A stretch of 64,000 nucleotides of DNA from Halodesulfurarchaeum sp. Lineage in GTDB: Archaea; Halobacteriota; Halobacteria; Halobacteriales; Halobacteriaceae. Under the pieces are notes generated by a model, which ran no database searches, was not told the DNA's origin, and saw nothing but the letters and a program-made list of their open reading frames with translations. The DNA is taken from contig JAXHNL010000002.1 in assembly GCA_034520565.1 (NCBI GenBank), positions 768,001 to 832,000 on the forward strand. The letters run 5' to 3'. The translations under genes and the position numbers were made by a program. Each line of letters starts with the position of its first letter. Within the stretch, counting starts at the first letter, position 1. Positions 34,506 through 44,140 of this stretch are shown here, piece after piece.

Positions 34506-36378
34506 GGCTCAGGTCCCCGAAGAGGGCCTCGCGGCGCTCGTCCAGGGCGGATCTGATCGCCACAGCGGCGGCTTCCGGATCTTCCTCCTGGATGGCATAC
34601 CCGCCGGTGATATCTTTCAGCGCCTCGGTCATGATCTCCGTGACTTCCTCGCTGTCTTCCATGTGGAGTGTCGGGGCGGTGTGTAGCGGCAATCCGAGTG
34701 CCAGCGCCCACGTGCCGATACTGACCGCCTTCTCCGCGATAAGTTCGGGCGCACTCGCCACGATCGGGAGTTCCCGAGTCGGGACACCGGAATCCTCCGA
34801 GATCGCCCGGACGACGTTTCCGATTCTGGAATTGTCGACACAGGAGCCCATGTGCCAGACTGGCGGGAGCGGCCCGTCGAGCCCGGCAGCCTCCCCCAGC
34901 TCGTGAAGTACGGCCGAGAGGCCATCGCCGGCCAGTTCGTCGGTCATCGCCGGATCCAGGTAGCCAGCCTGGGCCGTAATATGCCCGATACATCCGGTCA
35001 CGACCGGGAGCACGTCGTGTGCCAGCAGATCTTCGATGAGGTGTTCGGTCATCTCGGCGCGTCGAAGTTTGGGGTTCGGACACCCCACGATGCCGACGAT
35101 CCCTTTGAGGTGTCCCTTCGCGAGTGCGTCGACGATGGGTTGGGCGGGACTCTCGGGGTTGGCCGCGGAAAGCACTTCCAGCACGAAGTCATCGGAGACG
35201 CCGACGAGGGCGTCGCGGGGCTCTTCCGGGATTTCGACGGCGTAATCCTGGCGGGAGTGCCGGTCGCCGAAGGCTTCGATTCCCCGCTCGACGATTTCCC
35301 TGGCGTCGGATTCCGCGGTTTCGGGATCGAAGGACACGTGCTCCGCACCGGGGATATTGACGTAGTCGACCGTGGTGATGAGCCTGGTGTGATGGCACTC
35401 GACGATGTCGCCGATTCCCGGCCAGATACACTGGATGTCTGCAACCATCGCATCGAGGGCCCCGGTCGTGACTGCGAGTTCCGCCTGGCTGCTGTGTGCC
35501 GCCAGTGGAACACCCTGGCGTTCGGCGAGTTCGTTCCCCGTACAACAGATACCGACGACGTTGATCCCCTCGGCCCCCGCCTCCTTCGCCTGGGCTTCGA
35601 GTTCGTCTGCGTACTTGATTACCATCTCCGAGAGGACCGGCGAGTGGCCGTGGACGGCGATATTGACCTGATCTTCTTTCATCACGCTCAGGTTCGCCGT
35701 CGTCTGGACCGGCTGGGGAGTCCCGAAGACCACGTCTTGCAGGTCCGTCCCCATCGTGAGCCCCGCGTAGCCGTCCGCGAGTCCCGCTTCGAGCCCGCCA
35801 GTGAGCAGGTGGGCCGGCTCGGCGTCGTTCCCCTGGGTGGTGCGGTGCATCGCCCGGGCGACTTCCTTGTCGACACTTTCCAGGGGTTGGATGCCTTTTT
35901 CGCCGAGGAATTCCCGCTGTTCGGCTGGCATTCGCTCCAGCCAGTTGAGCGTGTCTCCACCCTCCTGGAAGTCTTCGATGGCCGCTTTCGAGACGCGTTT
36001 TGCCACCTCCGTATCGCTACCTGAGGCGTCGAGGCCGAGGTCTTCGGCGATATGGCGGAGTTTCTCGGGTTCTTGAATGTCGTACTCGCTCAGCTTCCCG
36101 TCAGCGATTTCCACCAGGACGTGGGCGATTTCACGGGCATGGTCTGCATGGCTTGCAGCACCGACGGCGATTTCTCGATAGAGGTTTCGGGCGGCGACCG
36201 TCCCGGGGGAGGCGCCACAGACACCCCGATCCATCCCCTGATCCCCGTCGCTCACCCGACAGGGCCCCATATAGCAGACCCGACAACAGCTTCCGCCCGT
36301 TCCAAAGGGACACTGCGGCTCCGATTCTGCCAGCCGATCCATCGGGAGCTCGTACTCGACGTCTTGATCGATACTCAT
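34498..36378 (-). CDS. cooS: Anaerobic Ni,Fe carbon monoxide dehydrogenase catalytic subunit (626 aa)
   Basis: QCPFGTGGSCCRVCYMGPC (D/B clusters); SHADH, VHGH, GICCTG, DIQC, VGC, TGC, MGSCVDN, EKA (C-cluster ligands and catalytic His/Lys). Confidence 0.96.
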   Translation of the reverse strand: MSIDQDVEYELPMDRLAESEPQCPFGTGGSCCRVCYMGPCRVSDGDQGMDRGVCGASPGTVAARNLYREIAVGAASHADHAREIAHVLVEIADGKLSEYDIQEPEKLRHIAEDLGLDASGSDTEVAKRVSKAAIEDFQEGGDTLNWLERMPAEQREFLGEKGIQPLESVDKEVARAMHRTTQGNDAEPAHLLTGGLEAGLADGYAGLTMGTDLQDVVFGTPQPVQTTANLSVMKEDQVNIAVHGHSPVLSEMVIKYADELEAQAKEAGAEGINVVGICCTGNELAERQGVPLAAHSSQAELAVTTGALDAMVADIQCIWPGIGDIVECHHTRLITTVDYVNIPGAEHVSFDPETAESDAREIVERGIEAFGDRHSRQDYAVEIPEEPRDALVGVSDDFVLEVLSAANPESPAQPIVDALAKGHLKGIVGIVGCPNPKLRRAEMTEHLIEDLLAHDVLPVVTGCIGHITAQAGYLDPAMTDELAGDGLSAVLHELGEAAGLDGPLPPVWHMGSCVDNSRIGNVVRAISEDSGVPTRELPIVASAPELIAEKAVSIGTWALALGLPLHTAPTLHMEDSEEVTEIMTEALKDITGGYAIQEEDPEAAAVAIRSALDERREALFGDLSHV

Positions 36379-36573
36379 GACCTGGTTACAAGATTTGCCG
36401 CAACACTGCAAAAACTTGGGCTCAGGTATTCAGTGGCTGGCATTCGCACTCGGGATTTATCCGATACAACTGCACCTTCGGGACGGATTTACACCGGTTT
36501 TTCGGCTGTGAATACACGATCGGGGAGAACCACGGTGTTCGGTCCTCGGCGTTCCGATGGCGAATCGCCCTCC

Positions 36574-39500
36574 CTACGGCCAGAGCAACCGGAACACTCC
36601 CCGTCCGACCGTCATCAGCGCGAGTCCGCCGAGTCCGCTCAGAAGGATCGCGGGCATGCCCATTCGAAGGGGCTCCGGAACGGACGCCCACGCCCGCTCG
36701 ACCGCTTCTGTGGGGAGGTCCGGCATCTGGTCGGGGACGAGTTCGTCCGACTCGACTGTCGGTTCCGTTTCGGTGCGATCACCGGTTCCCTCACTGGACT
36801 CCCCGTCGTCCGCACTTCCCAACATCGAGCCACCACCGCCACCCCCCGCTGCGGCCGGATCGGATGCCGCCTCCACGAACTTTCCGGAGCGTGTCGGGCT
36901 GAGCTGGTCGCCGTCGGCGGTGACGCTCACGGTGTAGTCCGTTCCCGACTCGTACTCGCTCAGGTTTGCGGTCGCCTCGTAGGTCCCGTCCTCGTCGACG
37001 GTCGCCGACGCGTTTTTCTCAAAGGAGTCGTTTGCACCCTCAATATGCACGATGAGCGTCGTCCCGGGGGCCACGGTGGTCGTGCCGTTAATCGGTGTGT
37101 TCGCCTGCGGAGGCAAATCGAGGGATCCGTTCGGTGAGACGCCGTCGAACCCGGCTTTGGCTTCGACTACGTCGAGTGCGGTTTCGACGGATTCGTTGTC
37201 CCCGTCGGGCGGGACGAAGGGGGAGTTGTCCGTGAGCACCAGTTCGGTTTCGAGGTCGGCTCCCGGCTCGATTCCGTCCCCGGCGGCCTCGGCAACGACG
37301 TAGAACTGGCCCGGCTCCGTCCCGTCGATCCGGCGGGAGTCAGTCGGTCGGCTCGCGTTTCGTCCGGCGGGTTTCGATTTCGGGCCGAGCGAGACAAAGG
37401 CAGGGGGCGACCGGGCCGATTTTGCCTCGTCTCTGCCACGGCCTCGCGTGTTGTTTGCCCGGGCCACCGGCGACGCGTTCGCCGCCGGGGGAGGCCCACC
37501 CACCGAGATGTTTCTCGTGTACGTTCCCAGACCGCTGGTGTTCACCGCCACGACCACCTGGTCGCCGGTTGCGATTTCGTTCTCGCGGATCGCGTGAGTC
37601 CGAACGTCCGCCGTCGTGTCGAGTGACACGTCCCGGGGCACGACGAAGGTCTCGAAGCTCGCGTGCCACTCCGCTCGCACGCCGAACGTGGCGTTCGCTC
37701 GCGGTTCCCCCGCGGTGGACAGGACGAGCGTGTATTCGCCGACGCCGAGTGCTCTGGGTCCGACCTGCTTCCGGACCGTGGTGCCGGACTGTGCCGGGCT
37801 CCCGTTCTGGGCGCTCGAAATCTGACTCTGCGTCCTTCCAGTAGCGTTCACGCTCGGGGGCTCTCCAGAGTTCACCGGGTCGGTCGGAGTGCCGGGCTTG
37901 GTAGGGGCTCCGCTCGGAACGGATTCGTTCGAACCGGTTGTGAACCATTGGAAGGACTGGGTCGTATTTACCCCTGGCCCGAACTCGAACCCAGGCATGG
38001 GTCCTGGGGCCTGTCTTCCACCCGTGTCGACGGCGAGTTCGAAGCGGGGCTTTCCCTTCAGCGAGGCAACTTCCATGGTTTCGAGGGTCTGCTCGGTCGG
38101 TCCTTTGAGTTGGATGCTCCCATTGCGTGCCGAACCCAGATCGACCTCGAAGGGACTCCGCTCGCCTCGTTCGACGGACTCGGGCGGTTTCAAAAACCCC
38201 GGTTCGGTCGGCGGTTCGATTACGAACGGTTCCGAGACCGCCGAGCTGTTTGACTCGAGAGCCGTCACGTGGACCTGATACCGGCCGGGCTGGGGATCGA
38301 AGGCCACCACCGCGTCGCCCGTGGAATTGAGATTCGCCTCCACCGACTGGACGGCCGCGCCGTCCGTCGCGTTTTGGAGCGTGACCACGATGTCCCGGTC
38401 TGACGCGTTGGCGCTGATCGAGACGGACACCTCCCCATCCGTTGCGGAGACGTTTCCGTCGGGCCCGTCGATGGACAGCGCGACCGGGGACGGAAGCTCC
38501 TCCTCGTTCTCACCGGTCGATTTGCTCGGGACCCGAAGCGTCGAGCTCGGGCCCAATCCGCCCCGCGGATCGTCCTGTTCGAGGAAGAGCCCGGTTTCTC
38601 CGGGATCGAAGCTCCCGTCGCCGTCGGAGTCGTTGGCGGCCGGGATTTTGAGGGCCACGGTTTTCCCGCCCGGAGCGTCGTCGGTCAGGGTCGGGTGGAG
38701 GGAGAACGCCGTCGATTCGGTCGGCCCGAACCAGCCCGCGTCGGCACCGGGTTCGAGCACCCAGGTTCCGTTGGGCGTTGGACTGGTGGTGGTTGCGATC
38801 GTCGTCGACTCGGTTTCGAGCGCGATCGAGTCGATGTACTCGTCCGCGAGGGTGCCGTTGTTTTCGACCGTCACCGCCGTGATCCGGTCGCCGAAGGTTT
38901 TCGTGCCGACGGTCTGGGTGTCATTTTCGCGGTAAATTCCGGCGTTTTGATTTAAGGTAGATTGGTTTGAAAGATAACCGAAGGATTTTGGGAAAGTTTT
39001 TAAATCAATTTTACTGTCTTTTGGCATGTTTATCGGTGAAGATAAACCCGTTCTTTGTATTTTATAAACACTTGAATTACTCGTGAGCTTATTTGTGCTG
39101 GAACCGAATCCGAGTACTTCATCTGTTCCGTTTGGAAACGATGAAAGAGTAAGGGTCTCATTGTATGTGAGATTATTGGTATTATATCCTTGGCTAATTT
39201 CTGGAAAGTCGGCTTCCGCCCTTATAATCGGATCTTCCTTTGTAAAACCATCACTTGCTTTAGTTAGTACAAAAGTCGAACTACCAATATCCAATGAGGA
39301 AAGGGATTTAAAACTTTCATTTATCCTGAATCCATCTTTTGGCCCTAAGACGTCATCTGCTGAATTCACAAATGGCTCACCAAAATCCATTTCTTTGTCT
39401 TTATCAACGTCTATAAACTTTGTTTCCGATTCAAAACTAGAAACAGACAGATTAGCATCTAAATCAGAAGGTTTTACCGTCGAATTTTTAGGATATGTTA

Positions 39501-40914
39501 TTTGATATTCCGTAATTCTCAAGTCAGATGAGGTATCGGAATTTACTCCATTCTCACCTATGTCTACAAAAAGTCCATCTACTTTCTTTGTATAACCAAC
39601 TCTATTCTTTGTCGTATTGAGATATCGAATTTTGCCAGTTGGTCCCAAATAATTTGCATTGGTCCCTATGTTCACACTACCGTCATTGATCAATAAATTT
39701 TCACTCCCTCCATTATCATCATTTCTATCAAAAATTACTAATGGTGTACCATCACTTAAAATTCCATATTCCCACGATCCACTAATTCCACTTACATCGT
39801 ATTTTGTCCCATTGGATATTTTTCCTGTTAATATTATGTCTTCGTTGGAGTTGTAACTGTCATCTCCGGTTGTATCAATAATAATGACATCTTCACTGCC
39901 AAATTCCCCCACAGCGGAATTTTCATCCCCATCCGGGTCAATTTCATTAACAGTCGGATTTGAAGGGAAACTTTTTAAATCAGATCCGACATCTGGGTCA
40001 TCTTTTTTGACAATAGACAACTCGTTTAGGCCAAAGTCGATTGTGGATTGATTTTTGTCCACTCCTGAAAATATCGTCGTCTCAGTTAATCGCCTGTCTA
40101 CTTTTGGATCGATTACACCATCTCCGCCACTCCGGTAAATCGGCTCACCATATTTCCCATTTCCTCCGGTAGTATATCCTGGGGAAAACTCAAAATCTTC
40201 CCAATGTTCGAATTTTGAAGAATCAAGATTTTGGATAAGACTACCATTACCATTGGTTACGATTTCGTCATTCACATCTATCTTTTTGTCAGAACTACGA
40301 ATTAAGGGTTGAACCCCTGTGTAATTGGATAAATTATTACTTTTTATAAATCTCAGATTCTCTTTTGGGGTGCGATATTTTTCTTCTCCGACGTTTAACG
40401 AATAATTTCCTAACAAATCATCAATTTTATAAATGTCGTCTCCTTTGGAAAATGAATTAATATTTTTTGTATCTACTGACTCAGCGTATAGGGTATTATT
40501 GGGAAATGTATAGTAATCCGAAGGACCCGATTTTGAGTCATTCATAATCACTTCTAATTTAATGATATCATCACCTGGCTGATATCCCATTTTTGAATCT
40601 CCATCGTTTTCTCCATCATTAATATATCGGTGTTTTGGTAAGTCATTCAATTCATAAGATAAATATCCCGAACTTGGCTCTATTAGTATCTTATCTTCAC
40701 TACTAATGGTTAAGTATAAATCACCCTTATTTTCTTCAGAAACATTATTAATAATCGATAATTGGCTTCCAACTTCAGATGATGGTGTTGTAAGATCCGC
40801 ATGGATTGGCGAAGTAAAAAATAGGCTAATTAGAATAATTGTTAATAACCCGACCTTAATATTGGTTTGGTGGACCAATGTTATTGATTCTAATGACAAA
40901 GGTTCGGCTTTCAT
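36574..40914 (-). CDS. Large chimeric cell-surface (S-layer/BGTF-like) glycoprotein, 1446 aa
   Basis: Signal peptide, many N-x-S/T sequons, Dx[DN]xDG-like loops, INGTTTVAPGT Ig-like domain, acidic linker, C-terminal TM. Confidence 0.75.
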   Translation of the reverse strand: MKAEPLSLESITLVHQTNIKVGLLTIILISLFFTSPIHADLTTPSSEVGSQLSIINNVSEENKGDLYLTISSEDKILIEPSSGYLSYELNDLPKHRYINDGENDGDSKMGYQPGDDIIKLEVIMNDSKSGPSDYYTFPNNTLYAESVDTKNINSFSKGDDIYKIDDLLGNYSLNVGEEKYRTPKENLRFIKSNNLSNYTGVQPLIRSSDKKIDVNDEIVTNGNGSLIQNLDSSKFEHWEDFEFSPGYTTGGNGKYGEPIYRSGGDGVIDPKVDRRLTETTIFSGVDKNQSTIDFGLNELSIVKKDDPDVGSDLKSFPSNPTVNEIDPDGDENSAVGEFGSEDVIIIDTTGDDSYNSNEDIILTGKISNGTKYDVSGISGSWEYGILSDGTPLVIFDRNDDNGGSENLLINDGSVNIGTNANYLGPTGKIRYLNTTKNRVGYTKKVDGLFVDIGENGVNSDTSSDLRITEYQITYPKNSTVKPSDLDANLSVSSFESETKFIDVDKDKEMDFGEPFVNSADDVLGPKDGFRINESFKSLSSLDIGSSTFVLTKASDGFTKEDPIIRAEADFPEISQGYNTNNLTYNETLTLSSFPNGTDEVLGFGSSTNKLTSNSSVYKIQRTGLSSPINMPKDSKIDLKTFPKSFGYLSNQSTLNQNAGIYRENDTQTVGTKTFGDRITAVTVENNGTLADEYIDSIALETESTTIATTTSPTPNGTWVLEPGADAGWFGPTESTAFSLHPTLTDDAPGGKTVALKIPAANDSDGDGSFDPGETGLFLEQDDPRGGLGPSSTLRVPSKSTGENEEELPSPVALSIDGPDGNVSATDGEVSVSISANASDRDIVVTLQNATDGAAVQSVEANLNSTGDAVVAFDPQPGRYQVHVTALESNSSAVSEPFVIEPPTEPGFLKPPESVERGERSPFEVDLGSARNGSIQLKGPTEQTLETMEVASLKGKPRFELAVDTGGRQAPGPMPGFEFGPGVNTTQSFQWFTTGSNESVPSGAPTKPGTPTDPVNSGEPPSVNATGRTQSQISSAQNGSPAQSGTTVRKQVGPRALGVGEYTLVLSTAGEPRANATFGVRAEWHASFETFVVPRDVSLDTTADVRTHAIRENEIATGDQVVVAVNTSGLGTYTRNISVGGPPPAANASPVARANNTRGRGRDEAKSARSPPAFVSLGPKSKPAGRNASRPTDSRRIDGTEPGQFYVVAEAAGDGIEPGADLETELVLTDNSPFVPPDGDNESVETALDVVEAKAGFDGVSPNGSLDLPPQANTPINGTTTVAPGTTLIVHIEGANDSFEKNASATVDEDGTYEATANLSEYESGTDYTVSVTADGDQLSPTRSGKFVEAASDPAAAGGGGGGSMLGSADDGESSEGTGDRTETEPTVESDELVPDQMPDLPTEAVERAWASVPEPLRMGMPAILLSGLGGLALMTVGRGVFRLLWP

Positions 40915-41158
40915 TTTTCTCTAAACAAAGCGAAACCATAACATCAAATCAAACTTTGGAAAATGGCCAATTATAATCAGAATACTAATCAGAATAGATC
41001 TCCCAAAATCAATCTCATAATCGGAAGATAGCGTTGGTAATTTGTTTGGTAGACTGCCAATTTGGCTAAAAGTAGAAAATAACTTGATATAAATAGTCAT
41101 TTTAACTATTGATAAAATTTATAATAATCTAATTTGTTTTGTCATGCGGTAAATCTCC
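38925..41158. other. Very AT-rich horizontally acquired block (~2.2 kb)
   Basis: Two sampled 60-nt lines are 27% and 40% GC versus roughly two-thirds GC in the flanks; abrupt borders inside two genes. Confidence 0.85.
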
Positions 41159-42169
41159 CACCCGCGGCGAGTCCCCACCGTGTGGCGTCCGCCGCTCTCT
41201 GACCTGGACCGTCACGGCAGACTCGGTCGTATCGTCGATCACCACCGCCTCGCCGACCCCGTCGGGCAACCGGTCCCGGATCGACTCGTCGATATACGTC
41301 GGCCGCGCCGCCGCCAGCGCGTCGATGTCGGCCGTCGCCGTGAGCCGATGGGAGAGCAGGAGATCTGACTGGGAAATCGCCACCGCCGGGAGGGCCGCCG
41401 GTCGCTGGGTCGCGAGCACGAGACTCACGCCCGGGTGGCGCCCGCGGGTCAGGATCGTCCGGAGTGGCCGCCCGGCGATTCCGTCCACGACCGCCTGGGC
41501 CTCGTCGATCATGAGCCAGGGCAAGCGGGGGATCGACTCCGAGACCGCCGTCTCGTAGAGCGTGCGCGCGACCGCCGCCGTCACGACGCCGAGCGCCTGG
41601 TCGGTGAGTTGGGTGGCGTCGACCACCGTCAGTGACGGGCCGAAGAGCCGCTCCGCGTCCAGCCCGTCGGGGTGGAAGACGTCCCACTGGGCCGCCAGAG
41701 CGAGGTGATTGGCCACCGCTCGGGCCACCGAGTCCGGCACCGCCGCCGCTTCGACGGCGTCGAGCATTCCTGTGAGGGTGGCGGCTTCCTCGGCGACCTG
41801 CCAGAAGAGCGCCCCGGCCGCGCTCGTGGGATCGAGTTCGAGCAACGCACACCAGTCCCGTGGTTCGAGCGCGTCGGCGGCCACCGTCGGGTCGTCGATC
41901 ACGTCGGCGTCCGCTCCGTCCGCGAGGCCGGAAAAGACGCCCATCGGGTCGATCAGGACGCCAGTAACGCCGCGGGCCGCCGCGATCCCCTCCGCCAGCA
42001 CACCGAGCGTGTAGGACTTTCCCGAGCCACGTTTGCCGGCCAGCAGGGAGACATGTGGGCGATCGAGGTCGAGGGACACGTCGGCACCCCGGCTGCCGTC
42101 CCGGGCCAGGAACGACCCGAGGGAGGCAGTTGGTCCCGACTGGTCCGTCCGTCCGAGTACGTGAGACAC
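41129..42169 (-). CDS. HerA/DUF87-like P-loop ATPase
   Basis: GKRGSGKSYT, IDPMG, MIDEAQ, TRGRHPG, ATQRP. Confidence 0.85.
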   Translation of the reverse strand: MSHVLGRTDQSGPTASLGSFLARDGSRGADVSLDLDRPHVSLLAGKRGSGKSYTLGVLAEGIAAARGVTGVLIDPMGVFSGLADGADADVIDDPTVAADALEPRDWCALLELDPTSAAGALFWQVAEEAATLTGMLDAVEAAAVPDSVARAVANHLALAAQWDVFHPDGLDAERLFGPSLTVVDATQLTDQALGVVTAAVARTLYETAVSESIPRLPWLMIDEAQAVVDGIAGRPLRTILTRGRHPGVSLVLATQRPAALPAVAISQSDLLLSHRLTATADIDALAAARPTYIDESIRDRLPDGVGEAVVIDDTTESAVTVQVRERRTPHGGDSPRVGDLPHDKTN

Positions 42170-42245
42170 GGGGCGGGTTTCCTTCGAATTCGTTCATAAA
42201 CCCTCGTCCGGATGTTTAAGTGCGAAGGTCGGCCCAGCGGGGCCC

Positions 42246-42701
42246 ATGTCGTGGCTCGAACGACTCGCGGCCGACGAACGGGGTATCGAAGGACTGCCGG
42301 TGCGGTTGATCATCGCCTTCGTCGTGGGGGTGGCGGCCCTCTCGGTGATGCTCAACATGATCTCGGGAGTCGAATCCTTCGCGGTGGCTGAACTCGACGT
42401 GAAACCCGAACCGAACGTCGTCGGCCCGGAGAAGCAGACGATCGAACTGACGGCGATCGGAAGCGACGACTCCCCGGTCGCGGACGCGACGATCGTCGTC
42501 GAGGCCGGGACCGCGAAACTCGACTCGATGGTCGTCGCGACGACGGACGGGGACGGGACTGCACAGGTGACGATCGATCCGGCGCTCGGGCCCAACCAGG
42601 CGAAGGGTACCCTCTCGATCGACGTCGAGCCGCCGGCTGGTTCGAACTACATGGACCGGCGGGAGAACTCCCAGATCACCGTCGTGCGCGAGTTGGACTG
42701 A
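42246..42701 (+). CDS. Type IV pilin-like protein (class III signal peptide) with Ig-like domain
   Basis: DERG|IEGLPVRLIIAFVVGVAAL prepilin-type cleavage site and hydrophobic stretch. Confidence 0.7.
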   Translation: MSWLERLAADERGIEGLPVRLIIAFVVGVAALSVMLNMISGVESFAVAELDVKPEPNVVGPEKQTIELTAIGSDDSPVADATIVVEAGTAKLDSMVVATTDGDGTAQVTIDPALGPNQAKGTLSIDVEPPAGSNYMDRRENSQITVVRELD

Positions 42702-43439
42702 TCAGACCCGGTCCCACTCGATCCAGTCCTGTTCCCAGCCGCGCCCCCGCTCGGCGGCGCGAGCGGCGTGTTCGCGGTCCTCCCGGGCCGTTCGATTGCG
42801 GGTGACTGCGCCGGGGTGTTCGCCGTCGACGAGGAGCGGGCGGAAGCCGACCGGTCCGAAGTCGGCGACTTCGCCCTCGTTTTCGACGGCGACGAGCCGC
42901 TGGTCCGCCTGACCGACGGGTGCGACGAGACGACCTCCACTTGCGAGCTGGTCTCGCAGGGCGCGTGGAACGCGCTCGACGGCAGCTTCGAGGAGGATCA
43001 AATCGAAGGGCGCGTATTCCGGATAACCCGCGGCACCGTCGCGGCAGTCCACGAGCACCTCCCGGTAGCCCGTGGATCGGAGGTTTCGACGGGCGTCGAG
43101 CACAAGTCTCCGGTCGATATCGACCGCGTGGACGCGTTGGGCGCCGACGATTTCCGCGAGGACGGCGACGGTGTAGCCGACTCCAGAACCGACGACCAAT
43201 ACCGAATCCTCGGGTTTCGGGTTCAGGGCCTGCACGAGTTGGCCGGCGACGCTGGGCGCGAGAACCGTCGACCCGCGATGGGTGAACGACTGGTCCATGT
43301 ACGCCCGGTGACCGGCGTCGACGAACTCGTGTCGCGGGACGGTGCGCATGGCCTCCCCGACCGGGGCGGCATCGATGACGCCCTTCGTGTCGTGTTCGAG
43401 GCTGTCGACCATGTCCGCGCGCACCGCCGCGAATTCCAT
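42702..43439 (-). CDS. pcm: Protein-L-isoaspartate O-methyltransferase paralog
   Basis: VPRHEF, VGSGVGY, APFDLI, GGRLVAPVG. Confidence 0.85.
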   Translation of the reverse strand: MEFAAVRADMVDSLEHDTKGVIDAAPVGEAMRTVPRHEFVDAGHRAYMDQSFTHRGSTVLAPSVAGQLVQALNPKPEDSVLVVGSGVGYTVAVLAEIVGAQRVHAVDIDRRLVLDARRNLRSTGYREVLVDCRDGAAGYPEYAPFDLILLEAAVERVPRALRDQLASGGRLVAPVGQADQRLVAVENEGEVADFGPVGFRPLLVDGEHPGAVTRNRTAREDREHAARAAERGRGWEQDWIEWDRV

Positions 43440-43479
43440 GTGAACTACTACGGATGGAGCAAGAAAAGCCGCGCGGGTC

Positions 43480-44124
43480 TTATGGCCCGCCGCGCATTTC
43501 GACGAAGCGTACCCCGCCGAGATCGGCTCGATCGAGGCTGCCGTCGGGGAGCTTTTCCGCCCTGACCAGTCGCTGGGCCCCACGACCGAGTGGGCCGAGC
43601 AAACGGCCACCGACCCGAACCTGATCGATGACCGCGTCCGGGAACCTACCAGCCGCACAGGTCAGGTACGCCGCGTCGTAGGGTGCGTGTTCGGCCCAGC
43701 CGTGGTATCCGTTCGCGTGTCGGATCGAGATGTCTCCGTAGCCGAGTTCGGCAAGGCGCTCGCGGGCCGACTCGGCAAGTGACTCGGAATACTCGACGCT
43801 GTAGACGTGCGCCGGTCCGACGAGTTCGGCCGTGACCGCTGCGTGATAGCCACACCCGGTCCCGATTTCCAGGACGTCCGCTCCCGGATCGAGAGCCAAC
43901 TCCGCTACCATCATGGCGACCATGTGCGGCGCGCTGATGGTCTGCCCGTCGCCGATGGGGAGCGGTTTGTCGGCGTAGGCCGACGACCGCAACCGGTCGG
44001 GAACGAATTCCTCGCGGGGGACGGTGGCGATTGCCTCGGTCACTTCGGGTGAAAGGTCGTATCGCGACTGGAGCCGTGCGGCGAGATCGCGACGCTGGGA
44101 TTCGAACTCGCGGGATGGCATCAT
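43480..44124 (-). CDS. pcm: Protein-L-isoaspartate O-methyltransferase
   Basis: GQTISAPHMVA, LEIGTGCGYHAA, APYD, VRFV. Confidence 0.93.
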   Translation of the reverse strand: MMPSREFESQRRDLAARLQSRYDLSPEVTEAIATVPREEFVPDRLRSSAYADKPLPIGDGQTISAPHMVAMMVAELALDPGADVLEIGTGCGYHAAVTAELVGPAHVYSVEYSESLAESARERLAELGYGDISIRHANGYHGWAEHAPYDAAYLTCAAGRFPDAVIDQVRVGGRLLGPLGRGAQRLVRAEKLPDGSLDRADLGGVRFVEMRGGP

Positions 44125-44140
44125 TCGAAGCGGTGGCAGG

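Noticed and set aside
40921-41100. 59-codon minus-strand ORF (MTIYIKLF...WFRFV) in the AT-rich block
   Set aside because: No motif or homology evidence; may be chance in the leader of the surface gene
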